61,913 nucleotides of DNA, filler included, from Sphacelaria rigidula (GCA_964200075.2; 11 parts of 11 records of this genome joined end to end with filler, not necessarily neighbours in it); one strand, 5' to 3'; numbered from the whole stretch's first letter, positions 22,612-35,024 are shown. Made by a program: numbers and translations. Notes: a model not told the origin generated them from the letters alone.

Positions 22612-25600
22612 ATGTTTTGTTACAAGTGGGAATGTGTCAGGGGTTCCGTTTTTCGACAGAACGTCCCAAAATTTCGAGGGAAGGACGCTGATTATGCTCG
22701 GTACAGACATGAGCTGGTCAACTTCGCGAGTGGCGAAAGAATTGACTGGGTGTTTACCATGGCCGGCGATAGTTCGCACGGCGTAGATGTCGGTGACCCT
22801 GAACTGGCAATGGGGTATAAAGAAACTAGATACGGGAAGGACACAGTGGCAGCCCACGCGAGGGCGAGACGGATGTTTGTGGCCAGTTTAGGAGGAAAGA
22901 GGGAGCAAGATATTTTGCTCACAGTCCACTCACCTGGTGCGGTTTGGGGAAAAATCGCGGGTGTCTTTCGCCCCAAAACAAATGGGGGCGAGAGCCGCTT
23001 CGTTGGGAAAATTCGATGGAGTCAAGATTGGTTTTCGTGATGATCCAGAGCAAAAGCTTCTCGAGATGGAGGAAATTGCACGAGACCTGAACTCATACGA
23101 GGAACAGCCCCTAAGCGAAAAGCACATCCTTTTGAAATACCTCAACGCATTGCCTTTCGAGTATCACGTTCAGAAGCAGTTGCTGGAGGATCGAGAGGGG
23201 CCGCTGACACGGCAGGTTGTGCTAACTTCGATCCGAAAGCGCTTCGAATCGACCGCTTTGAAGTAGGAACTTTCCCGGCGAAAGAAGTCATCCCCGGGCG
23301 ACCAGGCTCTCCTTGCCAGGGGTGGGACCGGAGAACCGAGCGATTCACACCGCAAGGGAGAAGCGGGAAAACCTCGGGGCTCTGGTTAGAAAAGCGGCGG
23401 GAACCAGAGTTCCAGTAGCTCTGGGTTGGCATCGTCGGACGGCAAACCGGCGACTGTGAAGCTGCTTCGCTGCCACATTTGCGACGAGGACACGACGCAC
23501 CGAGCCAGGGACTGCCCGAAGAGATACTGCGGCAGGTGCGGTCAACAGGGGCACACGTTCTGGGACTGTCCGAGATCGACAGCGAAGAAAGAAGATGTGT
23601 CGATGGCGATTGGCGCGGCCGACGACGACAGCGACAGCTCCTCCGTTTGTTCGGTGGCAGACGGGGAGGCTTCCACCTCCTTCGACACCACCATCAACGG
23701 CGACACAGGCGAGTATGCATTGAGTGTTGGGCAGGGGGGTGATAGACAGCAGGGTGAGGGCGAACCGTGGGTATTTGACACGGGGATTACCCAGCACTTC
23801 TCCCACGATTCCCATGGGATGACGGAGTACAGAGATTGCAACGGTAGGGTACTACGGTGCGCGGGTGGTAGTACTTACCCGATCGTAGGGAGAGGAAATT
23901 TGTCTCTTGCCTTTAGATCTGATGGGCAGGATGTGATGCTCAAGTTAATGGATGTTAAGCATGCACCTGATGTCCGTCATCACCTTTTATCACTCACGAG
24001 GATCCAAAATATGAGACACACCTACACTGAGTTTCGTGCAGGTTTCAGGGTAGATCTCATTTCAGGCAATTGAAATACCCGGACAACCACGTCAACTCAA
24101 AACGTACGCCCGCCGCCTCGACCAAAGTGGTAGTGACAAGTGTGCTTCGACATATGCTGCTATTGCCCCGGGGGCTTCGCCTAGCCCCCAGATCGCTGAC
24201 ATGAGCGAATTCCACTGTGCCCACGCCCACGTCCACGAGGACTCACTGCGAAAGACGGCGAAACAGCAGGGAAAGCAGCTGGCTGGGGAGCTGCAGCCCT
24301 GCCGCGGCTGCTCAGAAGCGAAGGGACTGCGACGGCCGATTCCAAGATCGACACACACGAGATTAGCTAAGTCAGTGTCTAGGGTGTTTGTAGATCTTTC
24401 CGGCCCGAAACTAGTCAAGTCTTACGGGCGAAAGTCGTACACGATGATAGTCTGAGATGATCACTCACGGCACACGAAGCTGTATTTCCTCCGGAAGAAG
24501 GATGAGGCAGAGAGATACTTCGCGAAATACATTGCATGGGTCTCTCCGAGAAAAATTGAGATAGTCCGCAGCGATGACGGGGATGAATTCTCGGAGGGTG
24601 CATTTGGTGGACCGTGCGACAGGGAAAATATCAAGCAGGAGAAGACAACTGCCAACTCACCCCAATTCAACGATGTTGCAGAGCGAGCGTTGGGTATCAT
24701 CGAAACAGCACACCTTGCGGCCAAGATCCAAGCATCTGAGCTTTACCCAGATGAGCGCATCCCAAATGGTGACAATCCGTGGGCTAAACAGGTAAACTGG
24801 GCGTATCACGCCCTGAACTGCACCGCTACCTCGGCTAACCCGAACCACAAATCACCGCATGAGATGTGGCAGGGATCACCACCAGACGGTGATCTCATTT
24901 CGTTCTTGAAGCCTGGGTTTTGTAAGAGGAAGCAGAAAAAAACATTACAGCCGAAGGTGGAAAAATGCTGGTATTTGAGCCCAGCCCCAGGCTACCCACG
25001 TGACGCCGTACGAGTTTTGACTGTACGAGGATCTATTACCGTGACAAGATATGTAACATGGGGAAGTACGTCCGCCGCCTCCCCCCCGCACACTACAGCA
25101 AGCGATCCAGACGCCGGGCGAGCCGAAGGATTCCAACGTCGATTAACGCCAGGGAGTGAGCGAGGAAAGGATGGAAAAGTCGACAGTGGACACTTCGTCT
25201 AGCGGTTCCTCAAGCGCACCGTCGTCCCCGCCGAGTTCCGTTGGTGGTAGGGGCGGGGCAGCACCGCAGATCCACGTCAGCAGTCGAAGGGGCGCAGTGC
25301 CTTCACCGTCCCCGCGAGGGGGGGGGGAAGGCGGAGTGATACCAGAGATCCCCGTCCCAGATTTTGTCAGCGGAGGGGGTGAGGAGGAGCTGGAATCATC
25401 ATCATCATCAACGCCAACATCAGCGCCGATGACGACACCTACGCCGACGCCGACACCAACGCCGACGCTCACATCGGCATCGAAAACTCCCTCGTCGCCC
25501 GCACTGTCACCCTCTTTCACGGGTCCCTCGCGAAACGGCGGGGGGGGGACGGCGACGCTCCCCAACTCCCGAGGACCGAGCAACGCCGTCTTGCGTGGGC

Positions 25601-27485
25601 CGACGAGTTGCCAACACCAAGGGCGGGGAGTGCGAGGAGCCAAACGCGCGAGGCCATGGGGTCGGCACACACACGAGGCGAAATGCTGGTGGCTAGTGGG
25701 GCGGAGGAAAGCAAAAAGGAAGCGGAGATGGCGCTGGCGGGAGTGGCCGACGACAAATGCTCAACCGTGGAGATGATCACCGCGGCAGCAGGACAGGTGG
25801 CAGAACAAGACGCAATCGCCTCGATCCAAAACGAGTTAGCCGAAAGCGAGTTTTTTTTTGCTGAGGAAAAGAGAGTAGGGCAGCCTGAACTCGGTTTGCG
25901 TTGGTCTACATGTGAGCAAAATAGAGACAGCCCCCACTAGTATGGATGACATAGCAGAATCAGAGTTTCGAGGTGCATGACTAGGCGCGATGCAGGCCGA
26001 ACTAGGAGGTCATGAAAAGGCTGGAACATTTTCGACTGGCCCTGTACCGGAAGGAGTAAACGTGATCTCAGCGAAGTGGGTTTTTAGTTGGAAAACTGAC
26101 GTAGATGGTGCTATAACGAAGGCAAAGGCAAGGTTGGTAGCACGAGGGTTTGGACAACGTTTTGCAGTCGATTATTTCGAGACTTTCGCGGCAACGCCCT
26201 CCATGGCCTTCATCAAACTGGTCATGGCAGTGGCAGTTCAGGAAGAGTGGCGGCTGTATCATTTCGACGTGACACAGGCTTTTGTTCAAGCAAAGATGGA
26301 AACTGACGTGTACATGAGGCCGCTTGAAGGTTGCGCCGTTTTGACAGACATGACCGTTAAGCTAGAAAAATCTATTCATGGGATCAAGCAAGCGGGTAGG
26401 CAGTGGTCTCGTCTTCTGTGCCAAACTTTACTGGAGGATGTCGGGATGGTGCAGAGTGCGGCTGACCCTTGTGTTTCAAGATGGAGGATGCAGGAGACGT
26501 GCATGTGATTTTAGTTGTCCATGTGGACGAGATTCTTATCAGTGGTACTGAGGAAAAGGTGGGAAACGTGGGCAAAATCCTGAACAAAAAGTTCCCCACG
26601 AACAATCTCGGAGAGGCCACATGGTACATGGGGTGTGCAGTGGATAGAAACTGGGATAGAGGCACGCTGTCGGTGACGCGAATCACGTTCACGGACACGC
26701 TCCTAAAGCGTTTTGAGGTGAGGGGAGGCTCGGAAACCCCTGCATCTGTTTCTGTCAAGTTGGGGCCAACAACGGGCGAAGACACAGTAGTGAATCGCCC
26801 ATACCGTAACGCAGTGGGGGGATTGGTGCGGCTGGCAACAGTCACTAGACCTGACATCGCGAGTTCAGTACGAGCACTCGCTCGCCGATCACATGACCCG
26901 TGCGAGAGGCACTGGGAAGCTGTGGTAAAGGTGCTAAAGTATCTAAATGAGACAAAGGAGTTTGGAATTACGTTCAAGAAAGATCATGACAGGCTTTCAG
27001 TTTATTGTGATGCAGACTACGCTAAAAAGGAAACGGATAGGCGCCTGGTCTCAGGGGTAGCTATAATATACGGTGATGCGGTAGTGTCGGCAACGAGCTG
27101 CACGCAACACTGTGTGACTTTATCAACCGCGGAGGCAGAGTATGTCGCAATGGCCGAGGAGGCAAAGGAGGAACTGTTTGTATAGGCATTGTTGACGTTC
27201 CTGCGACCTCAGACTGTGTCGGGATGCGGGGAGGGCCACGGTGTTGTTTTGTACGAGGACAAGCAGGGAGCGAAAGCTCTGACCGAAAATTCCCTCAGTT
27301 CCGAAAGGAGTAAGCACATCGACGGAAGGTATCACTTCATCCGAGTGCTGGTGGGGACGGGGAAGATCAGAGTTGTGCATGTAGGTTCAGGATGGCAGCA
27401 TGCTGATATTTTGACGAAGCCTCTCACGATCAACCTGCTTACGAGGCACAGACGGTTTTTGATGAACTTGGAAGGTGACAAGTAG
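22612..27485 (+). mobile_element. gag-pol: Ty1/copia internal region (gag-PR-INT-RT-RNase H), decayed by stops and frameshifts
   Basis: Knuckles CHICDEDTTHRARDC and CGRCGQQGHTFWDC; protease WVFDTG; HCAHAH...CRGC; integrase VFVDLSGP; RT AKWVF..KAKARLVARGF, HFDVTQAF, VHVDE; RNase H YCDADYA, STAEAEYVA, RSKHID, ADILTK; INT-before-RT order defines copia. Confidence 0.97.
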
Positions 27486-27581
27486 GTACGTTCTTCTGTG
27501 TACCCTTGTGCAGCTCCGGGTATTTTCAGGTGTTCGTGATGCATTTATTCGCATTTTGGGTTAAGTCACCCACGCTACTTG

Positions 27582-27915
27582 GAGGGGCATGGTTTTTGTA
27601 GGGCATTTCCCGACATGACGTGTATCTGCCTTGACCGGCGTCCATTGATTATCTAGATGAAGCACAAGATGTTGAGGGGAGGAGGTTTCTGCTCTGATGG
27701 CCGGGTTTCCCCCTTGTAACTTTAAGCTTAATCCTGGCCCGGCAGATGTCTTGTGCGTCGCCAACCCCGCTCAGAACAGCGTACCCGAGGCGAATGATTT
27801 GATCTGTGACGGTGCCCTTGCCCATGAGTGTCAACACATATGTCCGCAACGTGGTCGTGAGGATAGCGGAAAGATGGCCACATAGCTTCACGAGTGATTC
27901 TACGGCAGGGCAACA
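27582..27915 (+). repeat. Candidate PPT and 3' LTR of the copia element
   Basis: GGAGGGGCA then TG at 27591, possible end ...GGGCAACA; no 5' LTR available to confirm. Confidence 0.3.
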
Positions 27916-28231
27916 CATTTTTTGCTGAGGCGCTTCACTTCAGGAGCCTCTCGATGACTAACATGTGAGCCATAGCGTGCAGCCTCAAAAAACTCTCGGA
28001 CTAAAACCTACAACAGAGCAATGCTACGGTAGGGGTGCAATTTTTTCGCGAAATTTTGTCTGGTTCAGAGGCTCCTAACGATTCTAGACGNNNNNNNNNN
28101 NNNNNNNNNNNNNNNNNNNNNNNNNNNNNNNNNNTTAATTAATTAANNNNNNNNNNNNNNNNNNNNNNNNNNNNNNNNNNNNNNNNNNNNATCCCGAGGA
28201 AGGGGAGGGGTTCAAAGTGTGAGGAAAAAAA

Positions 28232-28324
28232 AAACACGGATCGTGTGATCGTCGATATTCACACTCACATCCCAACCGTCACAAGGTTTCGAGGACAATA
28301 ACTGAGTCACCGGGGCGACCCGGC
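28232..28324 (-). mobile_element. SINE S1 head, degenerate
   Basis: Reverse complement GGTCGCCCCGGTGACTCAGTT...AAACCTTGTGACGGTTGGGATGTGAG resembles the 1279 copy. Confidence 0.65.
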
Positions 28325-28341
28325 CTGAAAAGATTTCAATT

Positions 28342-28649
28342 GCCGCGCCCTGGTGGTGTAATGGTCCGACTGTCGACATTGGGGTGGAAAGAACGAGGGT
28401 TCGATTCCCAATGCGTTGGGTTTTTTCTTCGTAATATATTATTTCCACCGTGGGAAGCGTGAGAACGTGAGTAAACAAAGTAGACAACTGAGTTTGTTTG
28501 ACGTGAGTTGACGCGGAGCGTGAGTGCTGACCCAATCCGCGAGACCAAAATGTAAGGCGTGTACCGGGGAGAGATGGGCTGATTCCCTCGAGACCACGGT
28601 CTCGTCCCGAGGAAGGGGAGGGGTTCAAAGTGCGACAAAAAAAAAAAAA
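28342..28649 (+). mobile_element. Full-length tRNA-derived SINE family S2 with poly(A) tail
   Basis: A-box TGGTGTAATGG, B-box GGTTCGATTCC (28398-28408), body shared with 33999-34291, tail GAGGAAGGGGAGGGGTTCAAAGTG (also at 28191-28232), A13. Confidence 0.8.
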
Positions 28650-28757
28650 GCAGTGAAAGAATGTCGCAGGACTCCGGCAGAACATGAGACGCCGGGTAAA
28701 ACGATGAGGACGGGTATCTGTCGGACCAAGCCTGTAGCCCACAAAGGGTTCACTCAC

Positions 28758-29021
28758 CGTATAGTACTTGTTCTTGTTGACGTTGTCTCGTACCCACGTA
28801 AGGTTCATGGGCCTGTTGATGATATCGAAGTACCTTGGCGGAGCGTCGTTCCTGGTGAGCACTCTGCTGAAGGGATTTTTCCAGCCGCTCCACTGCATGC
28901 GCATGAGCTTAGTTATGAGCGGCTTGACGGCCGATTTTAACGTCGTCGGGGTCGCCCTTGATGATGATCCCGAGGCGCCATCCTCGTCCGCATTTCGCGG
29001 TCTTTTTGCGATGTTGGCCAA
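28758..29021 (-). CDS. Internal exon encoding the N-terminal half of a bromodomain
   Basis: Acceptor TGCAG|TTG, donor ACG|GTGAGT, 264 nt, phase 0/0; NPF...PPRYFDIINRPMNLTWV...NKYY matches the bromodomain ZA-loop/helix A signature. Confidence 0.85.
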
Positions 29022-30269
29022 CTGCAGACGGGTCGGATACGAGACGCAAAAGGTTTAGGCGAGAGCAGTTCCGACCCTTCACCTTGGGTACGTCCATCTC
29101 ATGACCACAGCTGAAATCTTAGCGGACCAGTGAAAGTGCTACAACTGTTGCAAGCAAGCAACTCAAGCGAGTCCAACCTTTTGCAATGGACGCTGAAGCT
29201 ATGCACACACAGGCATATATTTCAGTGCTAGGTTGAGATAGGCAGTAACTATGACAGCATCGGGGTCGGGACGGCACGGGTATGTTGTTGTACGGGACGG
29301 AACGGTCCATCCCCTGCAATACTCGCGGGATAAGTGAGCCTCATCCAGTGGTATCCCGCCCCGTCTCGTCCTGCCCTGACCAGAACTGTAAATCCCGTCC
29401 CGTGAGATCCCGTTCCGCCACATCCCGTCCTCCCCAGTACATGTGTGTAAACACCCCAAAACCAGTTCTTTGAGCCAGGATCTTGTGGCGCCGACTCTTC
29501 GGCACACTTGTGAAGCAGCAACCAGCGCTTCTTCACACACGACGAGCGCCGAAAAATGGTTTAATCGAACGATAACAAGCGCAACCAGCGACACATAGAC
29601 ACTCACCCCGACTGCCGGAGGAAAAAGCAACATCCCATACAGCATACAGTTCAAGCACAATAAAAGCAGTCAACCAGCACCCGGCTTGTACTCCTCATGA
29701 TGACGGGGCGAATAAGGTCATCAATGTACCGTGCGTGACGACGTACATCACCGATACGTGAAATAACTCCCCCCAGCAACAAACAACATCGAGGTGGTGA
29801 GGGCTTGTCTTTACAAACCGAAATCGAGATTGAATGCGAATTCAATGTTGCGGTTTAGGGTCCGGCATCGGCTGCGAAAATTCTTCGAACATGTATCAAA
29901 TTTGGGCCCAAAGCGCTATGGTAACAACAACAGCTGAAAAACTGACCCTAGGGGTTGAAATGTTGACCAAGAGAGGTTGCGCTGCATCCCAGACAGTACT
30001 CGATAGCTCTCAGCATACAGTGGTCAGCGTCAGAAGTATACAGAATTCGTAATTTCTAAGTTTCTCGAAGATTTTCCAAATTTGTTTCGCTTGCCACCGC
30101 TCATCACAGTGACTATTGGATGCCAAAAAAAAGGCATCTGGAGATATTTTGATCCTCTTGACGAATATCGAAAGAAAAATATCTGCGATCAATACTGAGT
30201 GACTTACGGGCTTGACGTATCTTCGGGGGTCCTGCGAAAGTGCAACCCCAGGTTCTAGCTTTTCGGTAT

Positions 30270-30900
30270 TGTCGGTGGATCGACTCAATCCCGATCATAT
30301 AAGTGAAGACTCAAAAATGATTATTTTTTCGAAATCCCACCTATTTACTGCGCCAAAGCCGGAAAACTATGTTTCTTGGACCACTTACGGTCGATGACAC
30401 CTTCCTGATAAACGGGGTCTTTGCTCCGTATCGCCCCCACAACACCAACTTGGGCATTGTGATTTGAGCACGATCTGCTTACTTTGCCAAAACTATCGAC
30501 GCTAGCACTTTCGAGTGCTCATGGAAAATGTTATGGGAAAAAAACCCCGAAAAAAGGACATCCGCAGAAAATGCTAGACTGAGGTCTGTGCAGTATAGGA
30601 GGGGAACACGATCTCGATCGTTATTGTGAAAAACTGTATACATTTTCGTTTATCTGAACATTTACAAGTTCGTTGCGGACTAGCCGGAAAACTGTTTTTA
30701 TTGGACCAAAAACGGCCAATAACACCCTGCTGATACACGGAGTATCTAGTCCGTATCGCTCCAAAACCACCAACTTGGGCACTGCAGTTTGAGCGCGGCC
30801 TACGCTGTCCCCCTACATCTACCGGCGCTAGTACTTTCAAGTCGTAATGAAGAATAGTACTCGAGAAAAACTCAAAAACTACAACAACTACGAATTCTGA
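30270..30900. repeat. Two diverged tandem copies of an ~325-bp unit
   Basis: AGCCGGAAAACT, TCCGTATCGC..CACCAACTTGGGCA and CGCTAG.ACTTTC each recur about 325 bp apart. Confidence 0.7.
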
Positions 30901-30988
30901 AGATTTTTTATGCTGACTACTATAACTCTTACTCAACCACCCCGGAACATCTACGGCACTCATTCCCAGACGAGTACGCTCAGTTGGC

Positions 30989-32051
30989 GTGGGGGCTGAT
31001 TTGGGATTGGCAGAGGATATTACATCCGCGCCACCACTGTACACCCTGACGGATAGGAGAGTAGTGCTAGGCCCAGGATCATCGTGGATGTGGGAATATC
31101 GGGGGTTGTTTCACGACGGAGCTGAGTCACACTGGCTTTCAGAGGAGGAGGCTTTAGACAGCTTCACTGGGTTACCAGCTGGACGTTTTTCATGCCTTGT
31201 GGGAATTATATCACCCGCAGACTAGACCACGTCCATCTGACACACCATCTCGAGCAGAAAGAGACTCAATTGCTCGGGATAAAGCGTTACGGCAGATTCC
31301 CCGAGGTACAAAGATACGTGAGCGGTTAGCAGACAGCCAAGGTGAGCAACAGAAGGGGTGGTTTCCCTCGACCGTACTATCGCATCAAGTATGAGGATGG
31401 AGACTAAGAGGAGTAGCTACAGGTACGAAAATACGCGGTGGATGCCGGAAATGCCGGAGCAGTTCACGGGTCAAGGGCGAGCGACACATACCTGAGTCGG
31501 ATGGTACAGGAGGAGGTGACTCCTCAGCTGAATTGTGAACGGGATCACTTCTGTGCGCTCTTTGAATTCCCCACGTGGTCTAACCCGCCGGAGCGGTCAA
31601 TAAGATCGAGAACTTCGAAAGACTGGACAGGATTGTTTCTGTACGGTGTTCAAATTGCCTGCATGGTCCAACCAGGCAGAGCGGTCGACAAGATTGGGGA
31701 TTGCTCCAAACTGCCTGAGATCGTTCTTGCACGGTGTTCAAATTCCTCACGTGGTCTACCCCGGCGGAACGATAATCAAGATCCAAGACCACGCAAAAAG
31801 ACCTCGATTACTCGGGGAAGAGGAACATGGTGACGCGGCGATTTATCGTCGAACCACGTTCGGTCCCAGGGGTCTTTCAATCGTAGGTCTGACGGGGGGT
31901 GTTATGGATCGCGGCGTTATGGTGGGAGGGTAATACGAGGATGAGCACAACTATTCGACTGATTGGCTCGGAGGGCTGATTGACGCGACCTACGGGTATT
32001 GCAACCAGAGGAGAGGAAGGGTGTCGGTTCATGACGGTTATAGACACGCCT
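30989..32051 (+). mobile_element. 3' end of an LTR retrotransposon: chromodomain-like + Tudor-like tail, three ~88-bp repeats, PPT and LTR (TG at 31900)
   Basis: LTDRRVV...WEYRGLFHDGAESHWLSEEE, then ALRQIPRGTKIRERLADSQG...RPYYRIKYEDGD*EE; GACGGGGGG|TGTTATGGATCGCGGCG; homologous to 5844-6500(-). Confidence 0.75.
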
Positions 32052-32769
32052 CCGTGTGCTGCACGAAAATTGTTCTGCGTTGGACGTAACCTCTTTTCCT
32101 GGATATCGCTTGCTGCGCATTTTGCTGGTTGGTTGCGAAGAAACGGTGAGCCAGAACACGAATGCGCATAATATTGCATGTAAATTGATATGGCGCGATT
32201 GAGATAAGAGTAAAAACAAACTAGTGCATAGGCAAGAGTGATGAGGTACTAGATTTGCGCTTCTCGTGTATGTTAAAATTGTATAATAATCAAAATGACG
32301 GTGACGCATGAGTTTGTGTGCCCGTGGGTTAACGAAATTTGGGCCGCTTACTAGAAATCACGATACGCATCGCATCGCTGTTCGCGCTGCAGCAACGCCC
32401 AATGAAGATGACGAGCTTATAAGCCGGTCTGTCTATTACATTCACTGTTCAAACCACTTTCGAAAGTCCAACTTTCGAAATTGAGGTAAGAAGGGGCGAG
32501 TTAGAACCGGGGTCGGTCGAAATTTGAAACAGTATTTTGCAGGCCATTCACCAGCCCAGTTTTGGTACTTATACTTTGAAACTTCACGTGGGAAATCGCT
32601 GGGGCATGATGAAAAAACAAAGTGGGACACGTTGAATATCTGCGTGAGTGAAGAACGCCCTAGTATGGTAAAGAACATTTTTACGAGCACATCCTCAACT
32701 CATCGGGAAAGAAAAATGAAGACCCCCTTTCTTTTGTTTTCAGTATGTCGTCGCGATTCTCCATACTCA

Positions 32770-33384
32770 ATTTTAGTCACACTTCTAGATATTGAGCTGA
32801 GAAAATGAGACAAGTGCCAAAAACAACGTCCATTTTGCACTAAAACACCCCCCAAGACAGGTAAAAAAGTCAAAAGTCAGAAAAATATACCAAGGAGCTG
32901 AAAAGATATAGAAATATTCAATATGCCCTAGCGATTTTCCATACCAAATTTCAAAGTAGAACACTCAAAAATGAGACACGAAATCTAGATTTAGTGCATT
33001 TAGTGCCTTTTCTCGTAATATATTGCTTTTATTATAGAATCTTGTGCACGCCTAGATACATAACGAGTGAGATAAATGTGAGGGCATCGATCTTTTTCCC
33101 CTGCTCCAAGGAATGTTCACACCAAAAATTACCATCATCCGAATATATGGTTCGGGGTTTCATAAAGACTTCAGTATGGACGCGATCTCCGTACGGTATC
33201 GGAATTACTCGAAATGGCGTTTAAATTTTAATCAATAAGGAACACTTGGCTCAGACGCTTGAGCAGATGACCATCTTCTCTTTAATTGAACGATTACTAA
33301 GATGTTCGGATCACGGCCGAACTTGTCCATGTCGATGAGACATGGCTGTGGGAGTTTAATCCCTTTTGAGGCTGGCCCAGCTCG
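32770..33384. mobile_element. Family A non-autonomous DNA element copy
   Basis: Colinear with 6725-7331; ends GGCTGGCCCAGCTCG|TA. Confidence 0.7.
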
Positions 33385-33998
33385 TATAACTTCACGCAAT
33401 TCGTTTGTGCTGTTTTTCGGATATCCCTTACTCGAGAATTTGCTTCACACACACAATAGTACAAAGGTGAGGGAAATCAGTAATGTGACTACTAACAATG
33501 TTTCCGTGAAATTGAAAGTAGAGCGGTGATTGAGAGTGGCTTCAACTTGACCAATTTCTCACTCTGGGTCGACTTTCCTTTGCCTGTTACACTGGCGTGT
33601 GCTTACCGCTACACGTCGATATCCCACTCAGAGTCATCCTACGATAGGGGGGGGGGGGTATTTTGGGTCATTTGTTGCTGAAATTTCGAGTCAGATCGTC
33701 GTTGCAAGAAGCAACGGTTTTTCGAACANNNNNNNNNNNNNNNNNNNNNNNNNNNNNNNNNNNNNNNNNNNNTTAATTAATTAANNNNNNNNNNNNNNNN
33801 NNNNNNNNNNNNNNNNNNNNNNNNNNNNGCGTGTCTACCGACGGCGGCCGGGGAACCGTGCCTGGTGGCAGTGTGCAGCGTGGTGGCTATGCGAAATAGC
33901 AGATGTCCCCCCCCCCCCCCGGTCGCTCCGTTTCGAAACGGATGCGTGGTCAATGGTCAAACGGCTAACGCAAGCAACAAATGAGCACGCCCCCCCCT

Positions 33999-34291
33999 CC
34001 CCCCGGTTTTGTAATGGCACAAGCGAAGCCATCAGGTCGGGAGGATGCAGATTCGACTCCTGTCAGATGCGTTCAATTCGGGTTTTCCTGTCCGTGGGTA
34101 AGAATGTGAGAACATGAGAAGCAAAAAATGTGTATTTGACAAGGGTCCACGCGGTGCGGGAGTGCTGATCGAATCTGTGATACCAAGTCGCACTTGCAAG
34201 GCGGGCACCGGGGAAGAGATGGGCTGATTTGTCGAGACATGACACCACGCGCTTGTCTCGAGGAAGGGGACGGGCAAAAAGTTAGCCAAAA
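33999..34291 (+). mobile_element. Diverged SINE S2 copy
   Basis: Degenerate A/B boxes (TGTAATGG, GATTCGACTCC); body GTGAGAAC..GAGTGCTGA..GAGATGGGCTGATT..GAGGAAGGGGA shared with the 28342 copy. Confidence 0.65.
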
Positions 34292-34986
34292 TAGAACTAC
34301 CTTCATTAAAGGCGTGCGGCACGGACGTGACCATGTTGAAATAAGTTTCAACAGAACACTCACGATTCCTACATCATGGGCGCTGCGTCGATGACGAAGG
34401 AAGTGATAGTATTATAGGAGCACTAGTCTCTCGCAACATCGTCATCCTGATACGCACTGGTAGGCGGAAAACACCAAATCGGCGACAAACTTGTCTTCTC
34501 TCGTCCCAAAATACCCCGTTCTGATCCGAAACGTCGGTTGTACGTTCCTTTCACCTGTGGGGTTCATTTACCTCGTTCTCACAGTCTATTACTCTTGATG
34601 AGTACTATATCTTGACCTGATAGCGTGGGAGTCAAGAGTACACTCCTGTTCGAGAACCCCCGACATCTGTCATCATCCATGAAATGCAGGAGGATTACAA
34701 GCACACAGGTAAAAGAAAAAGTGGCCGGCGCAACCCTATCCCACGGGGCACACTATACACGAATCAGATCATGGTTGAATGTGTATTTGGTGGAACTGTT
34801 TCGTGGATTGCTTTTCGAGAAGAGGACGATCACGAGTTATTGTTGAAGAAACTTAGGGTTAGGGGCGTTCGCTGTCGTCGACCGTTGTGGAATGATGGGG
34901 ACATCTAAACTCCCTGCACCCTTCAGCGTCCGACACAGCACAATATCATGTACATTCGTTTCCCATAAAAGCTGGCCCCATCATGA

Positions 34987-35024
<38 letters not shown>

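Noticed and set aside
28212..28757. 269-aa ORF 28212-29021 as a single protein
   Set aside because: Bromodomain similarity ends at a GTGAGT donor; the remainder is intron made of SINEs
31561..31787. CRISPR-like repeat-spacer array
   Set aside because: Whole ~88-bp units are similar with no unique spacers, there are no cas genes, and the context is a eukaryotic retroelement
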